From contig CP068257.2 of NCBI GenBank assembly GCA_009914755.4, positions 19,872,001-19,936,000 of the forward strand: a DNA stretch of 64,000 nt. The letters are read 5' to 3'. The translations under genes and the position numbers were made by a program. The notes beneath the pieces were generated by a model, which searched no databases, was not told where the DNA came from, and was given only the letters and a program-made list of their open reading frames with translations. Source of the stretch: the human T2T-CHM13v2.0 reference genome, Homo sapiens. Shown here in pieces: positions 1 through 11,942 of this stretch; position 1 is the stretch's first letter; each line of letters opens with the position of its first letter.

Positions 1-1593
1 TTTAATAAAGAGGCACTTCAGTCTGAGAGATACTAGATGGCTTACCCCAAAAGCTAATGATGGTAAGTGATGAAACCAGGCGTTTCTTACTCCTGATGCA
101 GTGTTTTTAAGAACAAAGCAAGAATCTTCATACTTAGGAAAGGTAAATGGGAATGTGTATAATAAATCAGATATATTGTCATTGATCTATAGGATTTATT
201 GCCTAGAACTATCTGCATGTGAGAAGACCCTAAACGAAGTAGCAGAAGAGTGATCCATTCAAACCAATAGGATCATCATGTGAATGTATACACCAGGGCT
301 AAACCACAATTGTATATTTTTTTCCAATTTTTTTTCCTGAGCTTTAGTTGTTGAGTAATGTGCAACATATCTAAAATGAATACATTTGAAATTGAAGAAA
401 ATATTGTATTTTCATATAATCAAACATGTTTCATAGGTAAGTTGATTTCACTGTATTGTAATGATAGATTCAGAAGTGAGTCATTTATATTTGGAAATGG
501 ATAATGGAAGAAAATATATACCATGATTTTTTTTAACTGCAAACAGAAATCCTAGCTTGCTTGATATATTATTTTTGTAGCATGAGGCAATAGTTCTTTT
601 TTAATTCATGCATAGAGATATACCTTTGAAAAACTGATAACTAATCTTTGGAATCTCATTCTACACTTGTTTATTGAGATTTTGCAAACTAAAAAAAAAT
701 ATTAAATCCCCATGGCTGAGAAAATACTATTCTTTCTCTAGTTATTCCTCAAGTGGTTTCATGTGCAAAGATAATAGTTCTGTCGAAACCAGAAAATTCC
801 CGGATACTAGCTAAGCAATTTTACTAAACTATCACCATCTAAGTAGCATGTTAAAATTTGGTATAGGAAGGTATTGAAATTGACATTAATACATTATTTT
901 TTTTCACTACCTTGTGTTTATCACTAGTTTTTCTTCATGAAAAACAAAATAATTTCAATAAAAATTATACTTGCTTGGACATGAGCATTCTAAATTTGTT
1001 AATTCAGTGACTAAGTAATTCTCATTTGCCGTATCATGATGACATTGTAGAAGTATATTTGCAAGTGTGAACCACAAAGTTGCTGGGATGAAGTGCCAGG
1101 CAAAATCACAAATTGAATGATTTTTTTTTTCAAAACTGAGCTGTTTGCTTTTAGAATTATAAGAAATAAAAATAACTTAAACCTATTTTTTGAAAAAAAA
1201 AATAAAATAATGTAGACATGACACTCAGTCATCCTACAGAACTAGTATTCAGACAAGTCTGACATACTCAAAGTCGACCTGCTAGTGCTTGCTTTTGTAT
1301 GTTAGCAGTTGTTCTGATTCCTTTGGATCACTATTTCCTTTGGATCACTATTTCTTCAAGTCATTATTAAAATATTAAACCTAAGTTTAAAAATATCACA
1401 TAGGAAAACTTTTTATACATATATAAAACAAATACAGGTTTTATATACATATTTTTTCAGGAGTGGTTTTCTCACAGTTCAAATTTACATCTATACCCGT
1501 ATCTGTCACTTGTGTTTCACATCAGTTACATATTTGAACATGCAGTTATTATGCTGAGTAATAAATGCATTTTGTCATTAAAAAGACTAAACT

Positions 1594-1892
<299 letters not shown>

Positions 1893-2884
1893 CTAAACTG
1901 TTATGCAAGCTAATTCTTAACATGTGTTAAGAATCATTTTGAATGCCTATCAAATTATATTTCTTCCTTATTCTTCTAGATAATACATTATCACCAGTTT
2001 ATTTCTTTTCATTGTTATTATTTTCTGATCCATATTGTTATAGCTGCGGAGTCTACCCTCAGATTCTACTACAAACACGTAACACGTGATTCATCTTCAT
2101 TACTACTTGCTCCACTTGCCATTTCAATTTTATCAATCAGAATACTTCATCTTCTTCCTATTCACCTCTTTCATGGTTACTTTCTTTATGTCTTTTGGGA
2201 TTTCCTGCAACCATATGCCAAAGAAAAGTGGCTTCCACCTTCTCCTACCTTCTCATGGTAGAAACTAACAAAAGGTCATAAATACCATAGCTATAAAATG
2301 TTGCCTTTAATCTATTTGTTAAAATATTAACTGGAGAAATACAGGTGATCCATTTCTTGCCAAATGATGATTCCTAAAATATTCATAAAAAGGTATATTT
2401 AAATACATTCTCTGTTAAAATAACGCGCTCAGAACCATCCATTTTCAAGTTTAAGTTTTAAAACTAACATAATCTCATATAGAAGATTTATTTAACACTT
2501 TTCACAGAAGTTTTGATTATAATTTTCTTTTAACATTATGATCTATTAATGGGTGTCATTTTCTGATAAAGTACATTTAGGGATATGATAATATTCATTA
2601 TCTTCCCCACAGGGATTCAAGAGGTATATTTAAAAGAAGAGGTACTTAGACACTTTTTCTTTGTTAATAAAAAAAAAAGAAGTTTGAAAAAGATAGTCAC
2701 ATAATTAACAAATCAATTGCTTAAAATATTGTTTGAAACCAGGGAATAGGCGTCAACAATCATGAAATTGAATTCTGCCGGTTACTATGACTTTATTCTG
2801 TCTCTTAAATTGAATTATTGGAAAAGATTTATTTTTAAAATAATCATCTAATATTTTCTAATTTAGAGGTTTAATACTTTTTTT

Positions 2885-2886
<2 letters not shown>

Positions 2887-2918
<32 letters not shown>
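2887..2918 (+). repeat. Uninterrupted (T)32 mononucleotide tract. It forms the polypyrimidine tract 8-10 nt upstream of the TM-exon acceptor.
   Basis: Counted directly: 4+10+10+8 T, then AC TTTTT AAG | exon. Confidence 0.95.
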
Positions 2919-2924
<6 letters not shown>

Positions 2925-2928
2925 TAAG

Positions 2929-3133
2929 ACACGCTGTTTAATGGTCTTGGGCTTGGAGCAGTAATTGGCCTGGGAGTTGCTGCACTGCTGCTAATTCTTG
3001 TGGTAACAGACGTCAGCTGCTTCTTTATTCGGCAATGTGGGTTGCTGATGTGCATCACTAGGAGAATGTGTGGAAAGAAAAGTGGCTCCAGTGGCAAAAG
3101 TAAAGAACTCGAAGAAGGAAAAGCTGCATACCT
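2929..3133 (+). CDS. NCAM2: NCAM2 transmembrane exon (partial CDS). Encodes ..[67 protein letters not shown](L). Phase: the first 2 nt complete a codon; the last 2 nt (CT) join the first G of the next exon to give Leu.
   Basis: An acceptor ...T(32)ACTTTTTAAG| precedes it and a donor |GTGAGTA follows. Translation gives a hydrophobic TM helix plus a basic juxtamembrane stretch. This aligns residue-for-residue with NCAM1 exon 16 (LSTGAIVGILIVIFVLLLVVVDITCYFLNKCGLFMCIAVNLCGKAGPGAKGKDMEEGKAAF). The NCAM2 assignment is from my memory of the NCAM2 C-terminal sequence. Confidence 0.85.
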
Positions 3134-5299
3134 GTGAGTATCAGGCATCTACATCATGTCATATTAAACAAGCGCCACAGTCAAGCTCGAGTGCTTTACC
3201 TGAGGGCGTTGTAGGGTAAAGGAGTAGGGTAAAGAGTTTGATTATGCAACATTGGACACTGCACTGCCTGCTCTCTGACCTTGAAACTATGTATCCTTAT
3301 ATATAACCTAGAACAAAGTGACTTTGACAACAGTTTATTCAAAATTAAACCTCACAATGGGATCTTCACTGAAAAGAATCACTACCATGATTTATAGATG
3401 ATAAACATATAGATGGATGGATAGTTGTGCAAATGTATTCCATTTTGATTTATTCCACCGGTTTTGTTTATATTAAATAAAAGAAAGGCTTCAACAATAA
3501 TCTGAGCTAAAAACTCAGTTGAACTGAGTTAAAAACAACAAAATTGTGGCAACTTCTACAAACGTAAGGCATGATTACAACAGGCTTCATGATTTTTTGT
3601 ATAGAAAATATGATATGTGCTATAAAATACAATATTACAGATTCTGAATATACTATTCTAAAATTTGATCAAAAGTTGATTACTTGTTAGAATTTGGAGC
3701 TCTCTGTGTAGTTCTATTTAGTTAAGCAGATATAATTTTCAAGAAAGTATGTAGATCGATTTTTTAGAAAATTATTTTGTCCTGTAAAAGGGAAATTACA
3801 ATGTTTTAATATTTCCATTTTGTTTTATTGTGTTTGTCTTTACATAGATATAGATCTAATTTCAAAAGTAGAATATGATCAATGCAAAAAATTCAGCAAG
3901 CACAGGAAATCATACACAAACATATGCACACACGTTTGTGTGTTATGTGTGGGTTTGTATACATATACATGTGTGCATTAAACACAGCAATCAAAAAATA
4001 AACAGTCTTAAGAGTTCAGGACATTCCCTTTATTATTTTTAACCTTAAGTCCTTTCTACTGCATACTTTTTCTGACACATACAAAAGTGTTGAAAGACTT
4101 TAAAGCAAACAACTAGTTGGGTTCCACAATTAACATTTTGTGCTATTTTGTCATATGTTTATTCATACGTTAATCCCTTATATTTTCTTGAATTTCAAAA
4201 AATCATCACACAACCCCTACATAATTCAACTTGCATATCATTACATACAGTCTAAAAGGTGTTTACATTTATGTAAGTAAAGCCACAGAATAAAATGCAC
4301 CAAATGTTTCAGTTGAAGAGTTTTGACAAATGTTTTTATATGTGTAACACAAAGCCATATCACAATTCAGAACCTTACCACCACATTCTGGAAGTTCTCT
4401 CATTTCCTTATCCAGTCCACCCACATTAACCTCCCTCACCCAGGCCATTGCTATTCCTGATTTTTCACCACAGATAGTTTTTGCTTATTTTGGAACTTCA
4501 CATAAATGGATTCCTGCAGTGTCTACCCTTCTGTATCTGACATCTTCAAAAATGTTGTATTAGGACCATTCATGTTTTGTATTTCAAGGACTGATGCTTT
4601 TTTATTGTTGAATCATTTATATTCTTTTTCTATGCATCTGTTGAAGCGTGGAAGGTCTCATACTGTTTTATAGACACATTTGTCTTGGCTTTATCATATA
4701 ATTTTGTTCCATTGTATCATTTACACCTTAAATTTTAAGGATAATTCTTTTATTTGAAAAGTTTTTACTTTAAAGTTTTGGCTTTTAAAATATATGCCAA
4801 AATATATATCATTTTTTACATATTTCTGCATTTTTGCTAATTGTTTTAACATTTTTACTCTCATGGAAGTATAATATTCTAAAAGGCTTAGCTATTATCA
4901 GTGTACAGTTTAATAAATATTCACAAGCTGAGCATGCCCATTTTTAACGCTCAAATCAAGAAAAAGAACTTTATTATCTACGTCTCCTTTCCTGTCCCTA
5001 TTCAATCTCGTGCTAAGCAATATCCTGACTTCATAGCACCATAGATTACTTTTTCCTGTTTTGTACTTTACATAAATGAGTTTATACTTGTTGCATATGG
5101 GGTATTTTGATACAGGCATACAATATGTAATAATCAAATCAGAATAATTGTGGTATCTGTCACTTCAAACCTTTATCAATTCTTTGTGCTAGGAACACAT
5201 TCCAATTCTCCTCCTTTAGTTATTTGTAAATATCTGATACATTATTTTTGGCTGTTGTCAATCTATTGTGACACCAAATACTGAATCCTATTCATTCTG

Positions 5300-8135
5300 T
5301 CTAACTGTATTTTCATACCCATTAACTGTTCCTACTTAATCCCCCATTCCCCCTTCCTTGTTACCTTTGCTAGCCTCTGCTAACAATTATTCTTTTCTCT
5401 TTCTCCATGAGTTTAAGTTGTTGTTGTTGCAGCTCCCACATATGAATGAAAACACACAATATTTTTCTTTCTGCACTGACTTATTTCACTTAACATAATT
5501 TTCTCCAGTTCCACCAATATTTCCACAAATGATTTTCCATTGTGTATTTAGCAAATTTTCATCCATTCATCCATGGATGGACACTTAGGTCAATTCCAGA
5601 TCTTAGCTATTCTGAATATTGCTGCAATAAACATGGGAGTACAAATATCTCTTGATTTTTTTAAAAATTTTTGATATATACCAAGCAGAGGAATCACTGG
5701 ATCACATGGTAGTTTCTATTTTTAGTTTTTTGAGGAAGCTTCATGCTGTCTTCCATAGTGACAGTATTAAGTTACATTCCCACTAATCCACAAGTGTATA
5801 ATGGTTTTCATTTCTTCACATCATCATCTGGATTCATCTTTGCCTGTCTTTTGGATACAAGCCATTTTAACTGGGATGAGATGATATCTTATTATGGTTT
5901 TGATTTGCATTTCTCTGATGATGATGCTGAGCATTTTTTGTATACTTGCTGTCTACTTGTATGTTGTCTTTTGAGAGAAATGTCTATTCAGATCACTTGC
6001 TCATTTTTAATTGGATTATTTGTTTTGTTTTTTTCCTGTTTTGTTTGAGATGCTCGTATATACTGGTTATTAACTCCTTGTCAGATGGGTACTTTATAAA
6101 CATGTCCTCCTATTCTGTGGGTTGTCACTTCACTTTGTTAATTGTTTCCTTTAGTGTTCAGAAGTTTTTCAGCTTGGTGTGATCCCATTTGTCCATGTTT
6201 GCTTTGTTTATGCTTGAGAGGTATTACTCAAAGAAATTTATGCCCAGATCAATGATCTGAGGTGTTTCCCCCATGTTTACTCTAGTACTTTCATAGATTT
6301 GGTCTTCGATTTAAGTCATTATTCTGTTTTGATTTGTTCTTTGTATATGGCAAGAGATAGGGGTCTACATTCATCATCTATATATGGATGTCCAGATTTC
6401 CCAGTACCATTTATTGATGAGACTTCCCTATCTCCAATGTCTTGGCAGCTATGTTAAAAATAACTCTACTGTAAATGCATGGGTTTATGTCTGGGTTCTC
6501 TACGCCATTTCACTTGGTCTGTGTGTCTGTTTTTATGCCAGTAGCATGCTTTTTTGTTTATTATACCTTTGTAGTATAATTTGAAGTTAGGTAATGTCAT
6601 TCCTTCACTTTTGTTCTTTTGAGTCAGGATGGTTTTGGCTCTTGTGGGTCTTTTGTGTTTCCATATACATTTTACGATCTTTTTTTCTATTTCTGTGAAG
6701 AATGTCATTGGCATTTTGATAAGAATTGCATTGAATCTGTAGATTTCTTTGAGTAGTATGGACATTTTGACAACATTTATTGTTTTAATCCACCAACATA
6801 AAATGCCTTTTAATTTTTGTGTCATCTTGAAGTTTTCATCAATGTTTTATCGTTTTCATTGTAGAGATGTTTTACTTATTCACTTAAGTTAATTCCTAGG
6901 TATTTCAATTTATTTGAGCTTTTATAAATGGGATTACTTTATTGGTTTCTTTTTCAAATTGTTTCCTGTTGACATGTGGAAATGTTACTGATTATTGTAC
7001 GTTGATTTTTTATCCTGAAACATTACTGAATATATTTGTTAGTTCTAATAGTTTTTTTGGTGGAGTTTTTAGCATTTTCTAAATATAAGATCTGTCATCA
7101 TAAGAAGGATTATTTGACTCCTTCCTTTCCACTTTGGATACATTTTATTTCTTTATCTTTCTTAATTGCCCTGGCTAGGACATCCAGTACTACGTTAATA
7201 CCAGTGGTGAAAGTAGACATCCTTGTCTTGTTCCAGATCTTAGAGGAAAGGCTGTCCATTTTTCCTGGTTCAGTATGATACTAGCTTTATTATTTATTTT
7301 CTTCTACTAATTTTGGGTTGGGTTAGCTTTGGCTCTTCCAGTTCTTTAAGATGCATTGTAAGGTTATTTAGTTAAAGTTTTTCTGCTATTTTGGTGTAGG
7401 TGTTTATTGCTGTAATATGCCACTCAGTACTACTTTTGCAGTATCCAATAGGTTTTGGTATGTTGTGTTTCCATTATCATTTGTTTCAATAAATTTTTAA
7501 TTTTCCTTTTTAATTTCATTGACTTAATGGTCATTCAGGAGCATATTTTTTTTAATTTCCATGTGTTTCTATTGTTTCCAAAGTTCCTCTTTTTATTGAC
7601 TTTTAGTTTATTGTTTTCCGTTGTCAGAAAATATGCTTGATATGATTTCAATTTTTTGGAATTTTTCAAGAATTGTTTTGTGGCCTAACATACGATCTAT
7701 TCTTCAGAATGTTTCATGTGCTGAGGAGAAGAAAGTGTATTCTTAAAAACGTGGATGAAATGTTCTTTAAATGTTTATTAGGTCCATTTGGTCTATAGCA
7801 TATTTTAGGACTTATGTTTCTCTGTTGATTTTCTGCCTGGATGTCTTGTCCAATGCTGAAAGATGGGTTTTGAGGTTCACAGCTACGATTTTATTAGGAT
7901 CTTTCTCTCTAGGTCAAATACTATTTGCATTATATATCAAGGTTTTCCAATGTTGGGTGCATACATATTTATAATTGTTATATTCCCTTGATTAACCAAC
8001 CCCTTTATCATTTTATAATGACCTTATTCATCTATTTTTACAGTCCTTATTCAAGCATTTTAGTCATTTTCTATTAGGTTGCCTTTCTTTTCCTTACTGT
8101 TATGCAGGTGTGTTCTTTTATACAACATGCTCTAC
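5300..8135 (-). mobile_element. L1 (LINE-1) 3' portion in reverse orientation, about 2.8 kb (ORF2 C-terminal region plus 3' end). An old L1PB/L1M-type family.
   Basis: The reverse complement matches L1 3'-end consensus motifs. Examples are ...gcagctcccacatatgaatg..., ...ggatggacacttaggtcaattcc... and ccagtactacgttaataccagtggtgaaagtagacatccttgtcttgttcc. Confidence 0.75.
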
Positions 8136-8308
8136 ATATATAACCTGGGCTATACATATAAATTATGTATATACAATTTATTATAAGTATACATAAACCT
8201 ATATATGGTATAATTAAATTTATATTTATAATAAAATATTTACATATGAAATATAATTTTACATATAACCTCTTTTCTTATTTTTTTAACTGGCAAAATG
8301 TTGTCTCT

Positions 8309-8572
8309 GGGGAGGCTGAGGCGGGTGGATCACCTGAGGTCAGGAGTTCGAAACCAGCCTGGACAACATGGCGAAACCCCATCTTTACTAAAAATACAAA
8401 CATTAGCTAGGCATGGTGGTGGGTGCCTGTAATCCCAGCTACTCGGGAGGCTGAGGCAGGAGAATCACTTGAACCTCGGAAGTGGAAGTTGCAGTGAGCC
8501 ATTGTACTCCTGGCTGGGCAACAAGAGCAAAACTTTGTCTCAAAAAACAAAAAAAAAAAAAAAAAAAAAAAA
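8309..8572 (+). mobile_element. 5'-truncated Alu (AluS-like) with a long poly(A) tail.
   Basis: It begins at ggaggctgaggcgggtggatcacctgaggtcaggagttcgaaaccagcc and ends with A(27). Confidence 0.9.
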
Positions 8573-11500
8573 TGTTTTCTCTGGTGAACAGAAGTGCCTG
8601 ATCTTCATGTAGTTTAATATTTTAATTTGTCTCTTGTCTTATTTTTTAAATATTTGCCTATCCTGAGGTCAGTAAGGCCCTCTATATTTTCCACTAAATC
8701 TTTATCATTTCGCATTTTACCTTTAGACATACAATATACCTGAGTTAGGACTCCACACACTTTTCAGTTAGTATTTTTTAAATTATGTTTAGAAAATAGC
8801 ACTAGTAATTTTAGTAATTGAAAATGTCATTCTTTTCTCATGAATAGCAGTGCCATGGTTGTGACATCTCAGATGACAGAATTCAAATAGGCCTGTTTCT
8901 GTTCTTCTTATTCTATTCCACTTTTCACTTTCTCTATCCTTTCACCAATGCCAGACTTTATTAACCACTAAATCTTTGCCATGGTTGTTTTCTAACTGAT
9001 AGAATAAGTTCTCTAAGTTTGTTGTTCTTCAAGATCGTTTTGCTAGTCTTGACTCACATATCCATTTAAAAAATTTAAATTATTTATCCATAAAAAAATT
9101 TGCAATTACAAATTTTAAAAATGTTACAATTTGTATTGGGAGTGCATTAATTTTGCAGATTCATTGAAAGACAATCAATATCTTTGCAAGATAAACTATT
9201 TTAAGCAACAAGCCAATAATAACTTGTGTGAGCTTTGTAAATAATCTAGATTTACTTATGAAGTGAAATTTTTAAAGTACCTTATTCTTTCACATGCAGT
9301 CCTTTTGGGTTGCTGAATATGTTTAAGCAGATGGTGTTCTGCACGAGTCCAAAGAGGGCTATTCATGAGGGTCATGACACCACTTGACTTGTGAGAAAAT
9401 GAGTGCAGTAACCTTAGGACCAATTCCCTTACTTCAGTAAAGAGTTATTCATTAGAATGCATTATAACTAAACAATAAATTTTTTAAAAAATGTTTCTAC
9501 CTATAACCACTTGTCTTAAAATACATGTACTCATGAAACATAGTGAAATCATCAAGATAGTCTCTAAATTTTAAACATAATTATTTTTATTTTTTGTTAG
9601 AACCAAAGCAAATTGCTTTCCTAACAAGATATTATCTCTAATGTACTTTTTAAGTTTGAAAAAATGCTGACTTTTCCCAATTCTCATTTCATTGAATAAA
9701 GTAATTTCGATAGAATTAATTCAGTGGAAAATTTAATTTACTACCTGTAATACCATAATTAAAATCCAATATATTATGGACATTCACCCTGGGTATGACC
9801 ATGAACTAATACTGATAAGACACTATAAACAATGACAGCTTAAACCCGTGTAAAGTACTGTATAATGACCACACTTAGCTAGAATTAACTGTTGGGTTTA
9901 GGTGTTTGAAATCTTCTTATTAAATTTTATCATTTATAACTGAAGAAGACGGCAATTTTAGAGTTTTTGTATTCCTTGCCTATAAAAATAGACCATGGGC
10001 CATGTAATTTTAAACTTTCTTTACAAATCTAAAATTATGTCACTCCAATTATGAATTGTTCAGTAAATAACTCTACAGTTGTTAAGATCTCAGGATTTTG
10101 AGGGAGCCACACAGAAGCATACCGTATGTCCATGTATCGAATGGAAGTAGAAATGACAAAAACACAAGTTTTAGAAAACAAAAGGAACAAAAGGCATCCT
10201 ACCCTTGCAATTACTCCCCAAAGAACCACATCTACAGTTTGTACTCTTTCGTGTCTGGCTTCTTACAGAAAAGCTTGTATTACTCACAAAAGGAGAGTAA
10301 GGTCTACAGTCTCTGAGAAATAAGAATAAAAATCCTTGCACAGGCATTTCATAACATCAGTGCTAACAAATGGAGAGACCATTGAGATAAAAATTAGTTT
10401 GGCAAATAATTATTAGTTTGGGAAGTAATATATTTTAATAATCTAATTATAAAAGTTTTTTTTTCAATTCTAAGGCAGAAGTAATCATTACTTTTCTTAA
10501 AATGAAACGCCATATGCCAACTGAGATTTATTTTTCAAAATTGAAAAACAAAGGCTTTTAATCCACTTTTTAAATATTGAAATTCTTCTGAATTTCTATG
10601 TGCCTAAAATTCAAGAAACTTAACTGTTAAATGTTCCTGTAATATCACATTTTATTTTGTATACCAGTGTTTTTTTCTCTTCTCTTTTTTCGAATCTGGC
10701 TCTTTCTATTGAGAAAATCTAGAAGTCAACCATCTGTATTTTTTTTCCACTTTCAACTTCCTCCCTCACTGCTTAATCTCTTCTATTTTTGGCTTATGCT
10801 TCACTAAAGCTGCTCTTTTCAGTCGAGAGATTTTATGTTGATCAAATCTCATGTCTTACTTTGGTTTTCAAATTCTCAAACCATCTTGGAGAATGTGATA
10901 TTGTTTACATGTTCCCTCACCGACATTCTACCATCCCCTTCCAAGACTCTGTATCATCTTTTTTCTCTGTGTTTCCTCCTCAGTTCTCTTTCTTTATGTA
11001 TAATTTATCCCATAACTCCAAATATCACCTCTACATGTGTGAATACCAAATAAATGTCTGCGTCTGGTCCTTATCATTCTCTTGGGCATCAGGATGCCTG
11101 TGTGTGTCTATTTCTAAACAAAATGGCAGTAATTGAGAATGTCTGAAATCTAACTTAGAGTGATTACTCCCAAATTATTTTCTGTTTCTGTGGTCCTCAT
11201 CTCTGTCAATGGAATAAGTATATTTCCAGTTCCACTTCAATTCCACTTCAAATGCTTCTAGCTCAATAAAGATTTTCTATTTCATCAACTTGGCTAAAAT
11301 CCTGTTTTATCTGTGTACTCCTGTTTCATTCCATTTGTCATATTCTTATATCCTTTATTACATATTTTTATATTCATTTCTTAGCATTGTTTTAAATAAG
11401 CCATTCTGAATAAATTACAAGCTCATTGATTATTGGCATTGGCTCATATTAACATTAACATTCTACCAAATGGTCTTTTTCTGTCACATATAAGAAGACA

Positions 11501-11650
11501 CTAGTTTCTTCCTTCTATTCTGTAGATAGTATGCAAGGAACTAGAGGGATAGAAAGCTATGTGTTCTTCTTGTGATATATTGTTTTCAAAACCTAACTCA
11601 AAAGTCTCATCAGTTTTCCCTCAGTAAGTACTGACTTAAAACTTTAACAC

Positions 11651-11942
11651 AGCCAGGGGCGGTGGCTCACCCCCGTAATCCCAGCACTTTGGGAGGCCGA
11701 GGTGAGTGGATCACCTGAGGTCAAGAGTTCAAGACCAGCCTGGCCAACATAGCTAAACCCTGTCTTTACTAAAAATACAAAAATTAGCTTGGCGTGGTGG
11801 TGCATGCCTGTAATCCCAGCTACTCGGGAGGCTGAGACAGGAGAATCGCTTGAACCTGGGGAACGAAGATGGCACCAATAGACTCCAGCCTGGGCTACAG
11901 AGCAAGGCTCCATCTCAAGAAAAATAAAAATAAAGTAAAATA
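11651..11942 (+). mobile_element. Full-length Alu (AluS-like). The TSD is aaaactttaacac / aaaactttatcac.
   Basis: It runs from gccaggggcggtggctcacccccgtaatcccagcactttgggaggc to ...ctccatctcaagaaaaataaaaataaagtaaaataaa. The direct repeats are at 11638-11650 and 11943-11955. Confidence 0.9.

Noticed and set aside
1320-1353. 17-bp direct tandem duplication (cctttggatcactattt x2)
   Set aside because: It is a trivial short duplication in intron sequence with no associated feature.
2924-3148. 74-aa ORF on the minus strand overlapping the NCAM2 TM exon
   Set aside because: It is antisense to a well-supported + strand exon with canonical splice sites and strong NCAM-family homology. The minus-strand peptide has no recognisable features.
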